Source: the human T2T-CHM13v2.0 reference genome, Homo sapiens. Taken from it: a stretch of 64,000 nucleotides of DNA. The notes under the pieces were generated by a model. It worked only from the letters and a program-made list of their open reading frames with translations, had not been told where the DNA came from and did no database searches. Position 1 is the first letter of the stretch. Each line of letters opens with the position of its first letter. The DNA lies in the NCBI RefSeq assembly GCF_009914755.1, contig NC_060932.1; one strand, written 5' to 3'. This document shows, piece after piece, positions 1 to 14,921 of this stretch. The position numbers were made by a program, and so were the translations under genes.

Positions 1-9
1 CCAGTATAC

Positions 10-175
10 TAAATCCTTTATATATGCTTAGGTCTTTTATTTCCCACAAATCTGTGAACTAGGAATTATGAACGCATTTTACAAAACAGGACTCGTTGCA
101 TAACTTGCCAAGTCACACAGCTAATGAACAGGAGAGTCAGAACTTGAACTCAGGGTTGCCTGCCTCTAAAGTCCT
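10..175 (-). mobile_element. MIR SINE fragment
   Basis: MIR core-like ATTTTACAAAACAGGACTC...AACTTGCCAAGTCACACAGCTAATG...GAACTTGAACTCAGG; boundaries approximate. Confidence 0.65.
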
Positions 176-707
176 CCACTAATTCTCATTCATTCTGTAA
201 AAATAGAACATGGCCTCTAGAATCTCGTCATTTAGAAAAGAACAGCCTTTTGGAGATTGGTTAGCTGGTTTGAGAACATGTAGTTTGTTTATCTGTGTCT
301 TTGACTAGTAATAACGTTCAGCCTCATTAAATCTAGTAAGCTAAAAGGAAGCAGGAAATGGCTGTAGTATAGACGCTTGATATTTCAGCGATGATAATGA
401 TGGATAATAATGTGATTTCACAGCTTGGGTTATCAGACCCAGGTGAGTGGATAAGTGGATTCAGATTCATTAAAATCACCGGGCCTAGTTTGTGGCCTTC
501 CTTTCACAAACCCCTTAGGCTACATATTACCCTTTAATAGCATATTTTTCCCATTATAGTTGCCCTTGCTATTCATTTCAACCACATTACAAGTATAAAC
601 ATGTACAAGGGAGAGGACAGATGTCCTTCCCTTCTGTATTAACTCTCTTGTTGTATGAAATAATGTTATGTATTAAATTATTGTCTCAGTTTATAGAGTC
701 TGCTAGA

Positions 708-916
708 CTGTGCTGTTCAGTAGAACTTTTTGGGATGATGGAAATGTTCAATGTCTGTACTGTTCACTAAGGTAGCAACTAGTTACCTGTGTTAGTTGAG
801 CGAGCACTTGAGATATGGATGATGAAACTAAAGAACAGATGTTTAAGTTTATTTAACCCATCTAAATTTAAATGTAAATACCCACATGGCTGGTGGCTAC
901 CTTATTGGACAGCAGA
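708..916. mobile_element. MER3 hAT-Charlie non-autonomous DNA transposon
   Basis: TGCTGTTCAGTAGAACTTTTTGGGATGATGGAAATGTTC...TTGGACAGCA resembles MER3, with degenerate terminal inverted ends; about 210 bp. Confidence 0.75.
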
Positions 917-1259
917 GATTTAGAATAGTAAAGCTGAATGGACCTTAGAGTACATGTAAGGCAACACATTCTTTTTATTTTAGAGGAATGTAGGACTCAG
1001 AGCATGAAAAGGAGTAAAACCAAGCCTAGGATCCTGGTCTCTTGACTTCTAGTTCATAATTTCTTCCACTAAACTTAAAATTGTTAAAAATGTTACTTTG
1101 AACTTTAGTATTTGAAGATTATCGTGGTAAGACTTTGCTTATATTTACAAAAGCATTGTAACAGAAAATAAATTTTGAATTACAACTGTGACTTTATCAT
1201 ATTTATTTTACATTTTATGATTGCTAAATAGGTCATATATTGACGTCTTTACATATTTG

Positions 1260-4030
1260 TTGGGAGCAAAAGAGTTGAAAGTAAAGTTTTCTTCCCATCT
1301 ATGTTATTTAGCCATTGATTCCCCTCTCCAAAGGGATCAGTAATAGTTTCTTTGTGTATCTTTTTAAACATTCAGATATATTAAGTATTTAAAACTGTGT
1401 ATTGTTCTCTCATCTTTTTAAACAACTGGTAGGATATGTACACTACACATTCATATTTTTGCATTAAACTTATATGTGGAGATCTTTTGATGTGAGTACA
1501 CAAAAAGGGTACTTTAAAACAGATACATAAGCTTCTATTGCACGTACCAACTGTAGTTTAATGCATCCCTATCGATGAATATTTACTTCCTTTCCAAAGT
1601 TTTCTCTTAAAAGTAATGCTGTAGAGAATAACTTTGGACACATAACTTTCATGTGTGCAAATACATTATAAGATAATTCCTAGAAATGAATGCACTAGGT
1701 CAAATAGTATATACACATTTTAAATTTTGATAAATATTATAAATTGCTCTCCATAGAGTCACAGCATTTTATATTCTCACTGACAATCTGTAATCTCTAT
1801 GCCTTCATCAACCTAGTGTGTTACCAAACTGATCAATTCATACCATTCTGACAGGTGGAATAAAATCTCAGTGTAGTTTAAATGTACATTTTTAAAAATT
1901 GTGAATGAGCTGGGCATCTTACATATATGTAAGGGCCATTTGTATTTTATTTATTGTGAAATATGTTTGTATGCTTTGTCCATTTCCATCAGTTTTTAAA
2001 ATTGACTTAGAGGAGCTTTTATATATAAGACAAAATATGACATATATGGTAAACAAAATGCAAACATTTTCTTCAGTTGTTTGCCTTTTTCACTTTGTTT
2101 TTCATGGTGTTTGCTATGGAGAAAATATAAATTTTTACATAAACAGATATGCCAATCTTTCCTTTTATAGCTTCTGGTTTTTTGAGTCAAAAATTGAGAG
2201 ACCTTCCTCATTCTGAGAGTATAAAATAGTAATTATTTTTAATTTTAATTAATTTATTTTTATTGACACCTAATAATTTTGCATGTTTATGGTTTACCAT
2301 GTGATGTCCTAATACATGTACATATTGTGAAATGATCAAATCATGGTAATTAGCATATCAATCACCTTAAACATTTATCATTCCTTTGTTGTGAGAACAT
2401 CCAAAATTCTCTCTTCTGGCTGCTTGTTGGCAGTAGTCACCTTACTGTTCAACAGAGTACTAGAACTTATTCCTTTCTATGTAACTATATCTGCTGACCA
2501 ACCTCTTCCCATCTCCCACTCCCTCCTATTCTCCCTAGTCTCTGGTAACTACTGTCCTACTTTCAACTTCTATGAGATCAGTTTTTCTAGATTCTACATG
2601 AGTGAGATCATGTTGTATTTTTCTTTCCATGACTGGTTTATTTCATTTATCATAATGTCCTCTAGCCTCATTCACATTGTTGCAAATGGCAGGATTTTAT
2701 CCTTTTTGTGGCTGAATAGTATTCCATTGTGTATATGTACTGTGTTTTCTTTATCCATTCATCCCCTGATGGACACTTAGGTGGATTCTGTATTTCACTA
2801 TTGAAAATACTGCTGCAATAACATGAGCGTGCAGATGTCTCTTCTATATACTGATTTCCTTTCCTTTGGATATATACCCAGTAATGGGATTGCTGGTTCA
2901 TATATTTTTAACATTTTGAGGAGCTTCCATACTGTTTTCCACAATGGTAGTACTGATTTACATTCCCACGAGCAGTGTATAGGAGTTCCCTTTCCTTTAT
3001 ATCCTCGCCAGCATAATAACGATTTTAATATATTTGGAATTTATTCTAAAGATGTAAAGTATGACTCAGACATCATTTATTAAGCAATCCATCTTTTCCC
3101 CAGTTATTTGAGATCCCACCTTTATCACATAAAAATTTTAATATATCTTTGAGTCAACATCTCACTTTGTAGTCTCTTCCATGGAATCTGCCTATTCTTG
3201 CCTGTACCACCTGTTTTAATTATTTTAGATTTTATAGTGTACTTTAATATATTGAAGAACTATTCTCTCATTGCTGCATTTCTTTTTTAGGCTGTTCTTC
3301 ACCACTGTTACTTGTTTATATTTTGTATGAAATTTAGATTCAGCTTGTCTATTTCAAAAACAATTTCTGTTGGTATTTTTAGTAGGATCATATTAAAGTT
3401 CAAGATTGATTTAGAGACTTTCGAAAAGCATTGAATCTTTCTATCTGGGAACATGATATGCCTTTCCATTTGTTTAAGCATTCTTTTATGTTTTCTGTCA
3501 GTGTTTAATGGTTTTCCTCCAATAACTTTTACCATCTATAATTTAGCTTATTCCTACATTGTTCTTTTTTATGTCTTCAAAATGGGCCTTTTGCATGTAT
3601 GCATCAAAGCTATTGACTTGTATTGATTAACTTGGGCCTCTTCTAAATTTTTTCACTTTAGAAAAAAAATATTTTAGCAATTGGTTATTTTATGTTTTCC
3701 AAAGACCTAAATATAAATGTACAGGTGATGAACTGCACTTTTTCCTTTGAAATTTGTATGCCTTTACTTTCTTTCTCTTATATAATTGTATTCATTATTT
3801 CCTCCAGAACTAGTTAAACTAGAGTAGAAATTTTTGGCATTTTTTTGGTTCCTAATCAAAGTTGGAAAAACAGACTTTTCCCTTGAAACGTAGTGCTGGC
3901 ATTTAGGTTGAGATAGAAATATTTCATTATATGTTTTTAATCAAGAATGGATTTGAATTTCATCAAATACTGTTTAAACATCTATGATAATAATTTGAGG
4001 TCTCCATAGGTTTATTAATATCATAAATGA
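1260..4030 (-). mobile_element. Old L1M (L1MC/MD/ME-type) LINE-1 relic, interrupted by a younger L1MA
   Basis: T-rich, L1 ORF2 3'-like tracts; minus ORF 3308-3535 is a decayed L1 RT-domain stretch (MERHIMFPDRKIQC...KIPTEIVFEIDKL); boundaries approximate. Confidence 0.6.
2235..3013 (-). mobile_element. L1MA-family 3' end (5'-truncated)
   Basis: T-rich tail at about 2235-2262, L1MA 3'UTR, and ORF2 C-terminal remnant (PKCPSGDEWIKKTQYIYTMEYYSATKR) in ORF 2668-2901. Confidence 0.8.
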
Positions 4031-5819
4031 ACTATTTTAGCCTTATAACTTTAAAAGCCTTATTCTTTTAAAGTTTTATTCATTCTCCTCCCATTCTTGT
4101 TCACTATTCGTTGCCCATTCTTGTTCTATATAAAAACCCCAGTGGTCCCTGCTGTGAATTCAATGACATCTTATTTCTTTTCCTTAAGTCAGAGCAAATG
4201 TGCACATCAGAAGAGCAAAGTGTCAAGTAATGATAGCTGGAAATTGAGCCACAAATAAACAGAAAATATTTTCTTCATTGTTATTTGTGTGTATGCTTGT
4301 GCTTCTTTTTTTCAAGGGAGTAGACCACTGTTCCACATGTTCCACAGTTGTTTTATGGTGGAATGCTCTAGTTATGGAAAAGGAGAATGGAGTCTAGCCG
4401 TATAAAGTTACTAAACCTGCTTGGATATGAGTCAAGGGTATCCTTTTTGTGCCCAAACTAGAAAACCTTTCCCCTTCTCATATTTTTGAGCAAGGTGTTT
4501 TATGTTGCAAAGTAGCCCACTGTCTCTTTTCAACTGCATAAGCCCAAATAACATTTTATATTCCAGTCAGTCACAAAATGAAAACAGGAAACGTCTTTGA
4601 AGCAAGGCAAAAATGTCAGAGTGTCTAAAACATAGAAGTACTTGGTGAAACACTTTCAGCGTCTTAGCTCTGCCTCTGGCTAGTCATTTCCACTCGCTGG
4701 GCTCAGTCAGGTCTTTCATTAGTGAAACAGAGGTGGCTGAGCACTTCCTGTGAAATCGCAGGGACAGGATTGTGGCCCTCTGGAGAGGGGGCCAGGAGGA
4801 AAAGGAACCAGACAGCTGGTTTTCGGGAGCCACCAGATGGGAGCAAATTTCCAAGGCTGCTGAGAAGAATGGTCTAGAATAACAGAATTGTTTTGTGAAG
4901 GAGCCTTCCTAAACCAAATGTTCTGAGCGTCCCCGCAAGCAGAGCAAATGAGCACATACTGTGTTCATGGGGAAAAGGACAAATGACTGTACAAATGGAG
5001 TAACAAACAATTTACGAAAATGTATGTGGCCTAAATTTAGTATCAAGGTGATGGGCAAAATGACTTACACCAATTTGTGACGGTCCTGTTGCAAATTCAA
5101 TGACAAAGCCAGCCAGTCTACCTAGTCCATAGTATCCAGCAGATATATCAGTGGAGATGGCCCGAGTGCAGGCTGCTTAAATAAGATAAATCATCTGTGA
5201 AGAAGGAAAAGGTCAAATGTGCTATTCTCTGTCTTTTTTTTTTTTTTTGGTCTGAATTAAATGGAAACCATTACAATTTCTTCCAAGAAAATAAAAATCA
5301 GCACCTACAATAATGCTGTCTCCTTCTGACCCTGCCAAGTCTGACTGCATTCCACCTGGACCCTGCCTTTGTCTCTCATGTTTTTATCCAAGAATAAGTA
5401 GGCTACCTTGTAGTAAACAGGAAATCTTACTCTTACCTCGCACTAGTTAGTTATGCGTGGTACTTGATCCATAATCTTCTGCCCCCATGTCATAGAAGAT
5501 AGGTTTTTCCAACTCTCAGATGGAAAATCACTAGTGCACTACACACACACGCACTCATGCTCAGAAATATTTTCACAGATCCATTTTTCTCTGTGTGACG
5601 GAGGTTACATAATTATATCAGTGGATGTCCTGCAGTCCAGCTGGTATATGTAGAGCAACTGCATGTTTGTATCACTCTGTTAGGTGCAGTGTAGGACACA
5701 AATAAAGAGAGAGAAGGGAGAGAACACTGCCGAGTCATTAGGGGCATGCTTTCAGTTCCTATACAGCCAAGTTTTTTTTTAGGCTTGGCCTATGCTTTTT
5801 TCTTAGTTTGGGTTTAGTA

Positions 5820-6450
5820 TGTATTCATTCATTCATATTGCCATGTGTGTTCAACAAATATTTTGGGATGCCTGCTCTGTGCCAGACATTGTGCTAGGTT
5901 AGAGGGATGCAAAGACAAATTAGAACTCCTTTTCTCAAGGAGACTTCTGGTTATTGTATTTGTGATAAAGTTTTAAAGTTACTATACTTTGCCTGCCTAG
6001 AATGTAGTTGGATCTCAAAAGAATTACTGAGGGTTGGAGGTTTGAGTGGCAGAAGAGCAATGATTGATGAAACAGAGTTTTGAAAGATGAGTGGCCTATT
6101 TGTCATGGAGGTAGGAATGGGGGGTGGGTGGGCTTCTGGAGAGACACAGCAGAAGTGTAGAGAAGACCATGGTACTTGTAGGGAACTTCTGTGGTTTAGA
6201 GTGAGATGGATCTTGCAAGAGCTCAGGCTGGAGACTGAGAAAATGCTAAGTCATGGGGGGTCTTACACAACATTCTAGAGAATTTAGACTTTCCCCTGTA
6301 GACACTGAGGGGCCGTGAACAGCATTTGTACCTCTGCAAGATTTTTCTGGCAGAGACATGGAAAATGGTTTAGAAGGTGAAGATAAGGAGCTCAATTAGT
6401 GGGCTATTTAAAGTGTGCAATCCACAGATAAAAGGCAAAAACAAAACCTG
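5820..6450 (-). mobile_element. L2 LINE relic
   Basis: (CATT)n L2 tail then CAACAAATATTT...TGCTCTGTGCCAGACATTGTGCTAGG; purine-rich body. Confidence 0.65.
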
Positions 6451-8844
6451 AATCAGAAGAGTATACCAGAAAAGGGTGCCAGCCTATTATATATGGCAAT
6501 TTATGATTTATTTAACATTGAAGGAAAAAACAGGCCTTCAAAAATAATAAAATAAGAAGGTGCTAGCTATTTACCCCTATAACTTCAGGTACAAGAAGAA
6601 TATTTTTATTTTACTGAGCTCCTCAACTGATTTAAAAAATTAATACTCATACCAGATTGTAAATAATTCAAGGAATCATAGCCCCTTCCTTACTTTTTTT
6701 ACATTTGTAAGATTTAAAGAGTCATACACCCAGATAACATCAGGCTGCAGAGTTTTAGAGACCAACTCCTTCAGTGATTTTTCAAGATGAGAATGTTCTC
6801 CATGTTCTCCTGCAGAAGCTTCTCTGGGAGCCCCAATATGTACAAGAGACAGAGGTAGACCACTGGCTGTGCCTTCCCTCCTCCTCCTCCCCATTCTACT
6901 CAGCTCTGAATTGCAGTTGCATAGTTTGCAAACTTAATGTTGTCAAACCTTGTTATTCCATAATGGGGGCATAGTTGTGCAAACTGGAAGTGATTGATTT
7001 ACCCAGGGACAGAAGACTTGGTTAATAGTAGAAAAGGATCCCTAGGTTCCCTAATTGTTGGACAATTGCTCTTAGCAGTTTTGGTTAACCTGGTTTTTAT
7101 CTGGCTTCTCAGTAGAGATGATTCTTTCATAAGATCACCTGCACACAACCAGCTACTCATATATTTGCTTATATGTGTCATATCTGATTTATGTACATTT
7201 TCTGTAGACAAGCTTGTTTTAGGTCATGTACTTATTACTTACTAAGTGTTTGTTTTCTCCATACTTGGGGATCTAAATTAGTAAGCAACAAACTGACTTG
7301 GTGGGTTCAACTCAATAATATCCAATGAAGCCATTTCTTCCCATTCCTAAATCCTAATTTAGCTGTGGGAAGTTTGGATCAATGGAAATTAAACTCCATA
7401 TATGCCAACACTATGGGTTGATAACCTCTTCCAAGAATCATTGCCTGACCATCATGTTCCTTCTACCTGACCACTCCTTCCTGCACTTTTATCACATATT
7501 ACTCTAAGGGATCATGTCTAACTTTTTGTCTTCCTCAATTAGACTGAGTATTTCTTGAGGCCAGGAAATGCATCATTTTATCCATAGCATCTAACTCAAT
7601 ATCTAATGTGTAATAAACTCTTAATAGAAATTTACTTAATAACTAGATAGATAGTTTAAGATATGCCCTTGATGTAGTCAAGAAGACAAAATGTATGGGT
7701 ACATTTCCTTCTTGTGTCTGGTTCCTCTTTCTGCATTGTCAGGGCAAGTTTTACCCTCTAATTTCTTGTGGACCAGCAGCTGTCTTAATTGACAGTCCCA
7801 CCAAACCCTGGATTTCATAGGATGTCCCAGACAATGAGAAATGGCTTGAAGATAGAAAATTGTCTGTGTCTTAAAATAATCTTCTATAAATTATGCATAT
7901 TAACACAGATATGTAGCAAACTATAAAGGTTATTTTGCTCTGAAGAGGAATTCAGAATTAGAACTTGGATGTAGCAGGACACCTCTGTTCTCATTGCCAT
8001 AAAGAAAAAAAAAACACCTTTTATATTGAATTTCAGTGAACCTTGCAGCCAGCATCTGTCCCATTAATTTTCGTATACGAGAACAATGTGGCATGATTAC
8101 TCACCAGCAACAGAAGTAGCAGTTTTATAAATCTTATGTTGTAGTGGCTGGAAGGGACAGGGTTGTGCTCTCATTGTTTCCATATTCTTTGTGAAATTCA
8201 CCTTTGCAGGGGGTGGTTTGCTCTTTCTCTTCCAGATGTGCACAGAAATATGCCATGTCACTAAACGTCATGTGGCTTAACATTTCTCCAATTTTCAGCT
8301 AATCTACTGAGAAAGTAGTAATTTTTTCTGACTAGTGGTGGCCTACTTCTCCTATAAGGCTGTCTTTTACAATGAGGGAAGTTGGCCTCACTTTATTTAT
8401 AAAGGTGCACCTAAGGCTGGTGCTTTCTGGTTCTGGGGCTGCTTAATCCACCCTCTGTTTCATTTGATCCTATAGAGTTTGGGGGAGGGCTGAACAACAG
8501 TTTCATTGACGTGATTCAGATTCAATTTGCTAAGAACCTGATTGTGTTTATGACATTAATAAGAAACACTTTAAGCCTTTTAATACGAATCCCCAGTCAC
8601 TCTGCTTCTTCCCTTTCTACTGATGATACTTTGTGATCTACATAGTTTAAACTTTCATTACACAAGGAAACTTCTACTACCACTTGATGTGTGTGTGAAT
8701 AGGCTATGGGGAAAAAAAGGTTCATTTTTGTTTGAGTTTTTTACTTTTCATAGGTCATTGTCAATGTGGTAAGTATGCTCTTTAGTGGGATGATCCAACA
8801 CTAGGGCTTCATATTCAATATCATTTACAGAAATAGTAAATGTC

Positions 8845-9060
8845 AATAACAGCTAATGTTCATTGAGTGCTAATCTTCCAGGTACTGTTCAAAGAGTTTT
8901 ACCTATTATCAACTCAATTCTCCCAACAGCCATATGATGTTGTTACTGTTATTATAGATAAAGCCACTTAGGCACAAAGAGATTAAGCAACTAGTTCATT
9001 GTTACAGAGTTGGAAATGGAAAGCCAGGTCCTAACCCAAATGCTCTGTTGCGCACTTCTC
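8845..9060 (-). mobile_element. MIR SINE
   Basis: AATAACAGCTAATGTTCATTGAGTGC...AGGCACAAAGAGATTAAGCAACT MIR hallmarks. Confidence 0.65.
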
Positions 9061-9748
9061 TGCTGTCTGCAGGTGGGATGAGAGGTGGGTGCTGAGCTGC
9101 CTCCTGTGGTGCTGTTTTGAAACCTGCCCATCCCAAAGCTAAGGGAGTATCGCTGTGCTAAAGGGTTCAGTCAGCAGCCTTGCCAGTTCGGAATCCCCTA
9201 GAACCACCCTCCATGCATGTCATGGGCAGCTCTCTGAGATTTCTGGTGCCTCTTACTGGCTTGTTAAGTTGGCAGATTTTTCTCCCCATTTGCTTCCTTC
9301 ATTATAAAATTCCCATTTCCATTTTGCCTCTAGGTAGAAGCTCATGGAACTCAAATGGGAAATGATGATGGTGGATTTTCCTGCTGAAAAGATGTACCTC
9401 AAAAGGAAAAAATAGTGTATTTAACATGGAGAAATGAAATCCTCCGAAGGGAGCTTCATGAACTAAATTACCCAGAATGGCCTTACTGTCTGTTGTCAGC
9501 ATTTTTCTGCTGCCCCTTTGAGCATCAGTTTACTCACTCATGTGTGGGTCAGCTCTACTCATCTGTGAAGGTAGATAATAAAACCTACCCCCAAAAGGTT
9601 GCAGTGAAGATTAAGTGATGTCATATTTTTAAAAATGCCTCTGTAGGCTCTGGTACATTCCAATGGCTTGGTGAATTTTTTTTTTCCTTTTACTTTTCCA
9701 AAGGGAATTAAAAAAAAATGAGAGTGAGTTTTGAGGATCCTAGAGCAA

Positions 9749-10065
<317 letters not shown>

Positions 10066-13000
10066 TCATATAAGTCTATTCTTCAGGAGCCAGTTTATAT
10101 TTTATGGTTAGATACACATATTAAATTATTGGTATGTCAGATATGATTCTATTAGTAGTCTCCAGGGTTCATAGCTTGTTAGGGAAAATCCTCCTAAAAA
10201 GAAGTTCTTTTTGTCTATTCTTCATTAACTTATTTCACTTGTAAAGCATTAAAATGGGTCCTCTTTACATATTATGTTGTTTTCTAAGGGACAAATACTA
10301 GTGGTTATTATTACAGTTCTTTTTTTCATGTTTAGTACTTCAGTGGTTGATTAACTGTTTCTTAATCCTGAAATGTGGAGGAGGTTTTTGCAAGTGGTTG
10401 TAGCCTGGTTTTGAATGAAGGTGAAAATGCTCTTTTTGTTAGCTCTAGATCAGCAGAGGTGAATAAGCATCATGAATTTAGGAGACTGGCGTTTTTTTTT
10501 ACATAAAAGTTGCTTTGTTGCTAATTAGTAGATTAGAATTCCTTTAATTGCATTCTGACCAAAGACTTTTGGGTGTTCAGGAGGGCAAGTTAGCATGTGT
10601 TGCATTTGAATTTATACATTTGAGACACATTTTCTTACTGAAGCTGATATTCATGAAGCAGAAAAGATAAAAACTTGTACATACCTTTTTATTTCTTGAT
10701 TTTAATGTTGAAGTTCTATTCTCAGAATGGATTTTATAGGCAACAATATGCACTTAAATTTATGATCTGTTTACGAGACCTCACTGTATTTTGACAGAGG
10801 TCAAAATAAGGGAAATCAATCTTGGTTCTCATTCCAAAGAGTTTTTTTTCCTGATATCTTAAAAAGGCTTTATTACATTATGTTGATATCCATGGCAGAG
10901 AGTTCCAAAGACATCCCCATGAAAGGGCTATAAATGTGAGGTTTGAAACCAAGGCAAGTCAAGCAGGGTAAGCAATCTTTTCACCCAAGGTTTTAAAATA
11001 ACTGCTGATAAGACCTTCTCACAGATTTTCATTCATTTCTTCCTAGTTATAGGCAGGAAATTCTGAAAGCAGGTGAATTCTAAAATTACCTTATAACTTG
11101 ATTTCAGAATATAGTTACACAAAGTGAGAATAACTCGATGAGGATGCTGTTTGGATCTTGAGTACTGTAAGTCCTGTGGTTTAATTGACGAGTTGATGGA
11201 TTTCTTTTATGCCTAAATTCAGGCTGAAAGGCCTAAAGGCCACACGAGGCAGTTTATCACGAGCGCTATTCTCCGTTTTTATATTCTGGTTCATTACCAG
11301 CCTCTTCCTCAGTACTTCTATTTATATAATGTTGTTCTGGTCAAGGTTTATACTAAATCTCTTTTAACTTCAACATCCAACAAATATTTTTAAGGACTAA
11401 TGTGTGCAAAACATTATGCTAGGTGTTTCCTAAGGCTTCAAATAACTTGGATGCCAGTTTTGGACTGTAAGTGCTCACAGGATAATAGAAAAATCTTGTT
11501 TGCAAATAACTGGAACATAATGTACAATGGAATGTGTCATAAGGGGAGTGCACACAGTGCTGTAGGAATTCCAATGAAATTCACCCTCATCTTTCATTGT
11601 ATTCCCTGTTATTTACCTCTCCTTAAAAGAAAGAACTATAAGAACTCTACATCTTTTAGTGGCGATTTCCTAGATAGAAAAATAATGAATATTAAACATG
11701 ATGTGTTAGGATTGGTGAGGCTGAAGAAATTCTATGCATTTTGTCATTTAGTGAATATGTATTGACTGCCTGCCTATTCAGTGTCAAGCACTATAGGTGG
11801 TAATGTATCAAGAGGTTCATGAACTAATAATAAAGGGGCACCTCTGTATTTCACAAATATTTGCTGAATGAATGAACTCATTATATTTTATTCTCCTATG
11901 TGATTCCTAGATAAGTTCTGCTACCTAAAGGAAAGCACTTATGGAATCCAAGGTTTGGAAAGGGCTTGAAAGATCACATTAATAGGTTTCCCTTTTATTT
12001 GCCTTTTTGAATCTCAATATGGAATAACTTTGACTTATCCATACTAAATTGCATCTCATTGGTGTTACACAATCTTTCCAGTTTTTCAAGATTATTTTTA
12101 ACTTATGCCAACAACATATTAAATATCCTTTCCATCTATGGGACCCATTCCATTTTCTAAGTTTACCTAAGACTTTAAAAGACATTAAGCCATCAGAGCC
12201 AAAAACAGAGTTTCTCTACTTCCATGTTGATATTCTCCTTAATCTACACTTCCATTCATTCAATAAATATTTACTTTCAGGGTGTTCGGATGAGCTATGG
12301 GTTACATAGTGATGAATTCAGCAGACATAGCTTCTGCCCTCATGAAGCTTACAGCCTACAACTACAGAGGATGGGGCTGTTGAAGCAGCTAAAAAACCCT
12401 ACCTTTTCTACTATTGAGCAATAAAAGAAATGTTTTTCTTGAATTTCTGAGATCATTTCTTGCCAGTCTTTTCTCATGTCACTACCTGGAATAAACTCCC
12501 TTTTATCATATTGGGTTATCAACATCTTATACATTCACAAAAGACCACATAAATGTTACCAGCTGCAAAAATCTTATTCATGTCTGTGAAATCCATTAAC
12601 ATGTGGCACCACTTGAGTTGGGCTCATCACTTGCTGATTTCTGCTGTCATTATTTGTGAATGTCTAATTTCACTGTAAGCTCATACTGTCCTTTCAAACA
12701 TGAATGAGGCCTTTAACATTGTTGTATCAATCCATAACATTGAACATAATACCCTGTTTGAGGAGGCATGACTATAGACCCTTTCTGTCCAATAATAAAG
12801 ATGTTGGTAAGAGTAAATAAAAGGTCTCATTTCTTGATAAACTGGTTAGAATCAAGGAGGTCTGAGCATGACACTAGGGTTCCTAAATACTTTCATTCTA
12901 GACACATAAAACCTCTAGAAGATTAAATTCAGACAATTTTAAACTTTAGATACACATTACAACACAAAGAAATGCACTATTATAAATTTTAATGGGGGAA

Positions 13001-13370
13001 GGCCGGTAATTCAGGAAACTGTCAGATCTGAATAATGAAATACCAGATAGTTCTTATCTATTTACATACTCTGTGATTTCTAACACTCTGAACAATAATA
13101 TTTCAGGGTTCTAAATATTGGTTAGATTTTTAAAGTTTTCGAAATTATATAACTAGATGACTGCTCTCAAAATTAGGCCGGTATTTTGGATTACACAGAG
13201 TGCCTAAAAGTGCATTTTTCCTCCTGAAGGGGAAAGCCATGTGCCTAGCCAATATTTTCATTCCCTAAGGATCCATGGAATTATGATAGCTTACCCTCAT
13301 CAGTCACCCAGGCTCCCATTGGTGTGAATTGGGCAATGCTGTTTACATAGCAAATACACTTCCTTTTATA

Positions 13371-13900
13371 CAAGGGTCCACAACCCCTGGGCCATGGACC
13401 AGTATCAGTTCACGGTCTGTTAGGAACTGGGTCACGCAGCAGGAGGCGAGCTGCAGGTGAGTGAGCAAAGCTTCTTCTGTACCTACAGCCACTCTCCATT
13501 ACTTGCATCACCATCTGAGCCCTGCTTCCTGTCAGATCAGCAGCAGCAGCAAATTCTCATAGAAGCATGAACCCTATTATGAACTGCACATGCAAGGGAT
13601 CTAGGTTGCACATTCCTTATGAGAATCTAATTGCTGATGATCTGTCACTGTCTCCCATCACCCCCAGATGGGACCAACTAGTTGCAGGAAAACAAGCTCA
13701 GGGCTCCCACTGATTCTACATTACGGTGAGTTGTACAATCACTTCATTATATATCACAATGTAATAATAATATAATTGAAGTGCATAATATACATAATGC
13801 ACTTAAATCATCTCCAAACCATCCCCCACTGCCACCCTGGAGCATGGAAAAATTATCTTCCACGAAACAGATCCCTATGCCAAAAAGTTGGGGATTGCAG
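13371..13900. mobile_element. MER1A hAT-Charlie DNA transposon
   Basis: 530 bp, CAAGGGTCCACAACC...GTTGGGGATTGCAG ends; 8-bp TSD CTTTTATA (13363-13370) / CTTTAATA (13901-13908). Confidence 0.88.
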
Positions 13901-14921
13901 CTTTAATAGACTCAGAGGCATAGTCTTAGAGTGTAACAAATGCACAAACCTTTTCTTTTAAAACAGACTCCAGAGGGATTGAAGAGAGGGAACCAGTGAT
14001 AATCTATATGCCCATTTCATGGCAGACATGCTGCTGTGTGCTTTCCATGCATTATATCATTCAGCCAACAGGCATCTAAAGAATATAGAGTCAAGAACAG
14101 TTAAGCCATTGCCACAAGATCACCTAGCTAGTAAATGGCTCAAACTCAGTGACTCAAACCCAGGATTTCCAACCTTAAATAAGGCTCTCACTCCCACACC
14201 GCACAGCTGCATATCTGAGTGTTTATCAGTGAATTACATTGATGTAAATTCATTTATGAAAATGTCAAGATATCGTGAGCACTAGTGCTTTTAGGAGAGA
14301 ATATTTAACTCATTTCAGACAACATATATTAACTTCATCAAAAGTTTGCCTGTTATAAACCTGTGACTCACTCTTGGTCACCATGATGGTGCAACAGCTG
14401 TCCACTGGACAAATACTAAATAATATTTTATCCTTGCCCCCTATTTCTTATGAGAAAGCCACAATGAACTTCCTTTTGTCTCTCATTGCACCCTTAAAGG
14501 GACAAATAGCATCGCATTATCCTTGAAAGGGTCTTCTGCTGACCCATCTTTGACGCTTCCATCACAGGGTGACGATGGGATGTTTGCTGTATCACACTTC
14601 CCTGTGCTTTCATGAATGTGTTACTGGTGATGAAGAATGCCAATTCTTTGTTTAGTAGCAGTTTGCTGGGTCTCCCTGAAAATAATGTGTCAGTTAGGCT
14701 ACCTATAAATCTGAGTCAGTAATGTACTTCTCTAAGGTATATTTATGTTTTGAATTTGTCTCTGAGCAATCTGTTGGGGGGAAATTTTGCTTTAATATGT
14801 TTTATAAAAAGGTGAGAAAGTAATAAAGTGTAATGAAGATAAGATAAATTTTCTAATAAAATAAAATATAGAAGTGTTCAAAATTTTTGCTTTCCCCATA
14901 TGACTTTGTTTTTTCCCCAAA

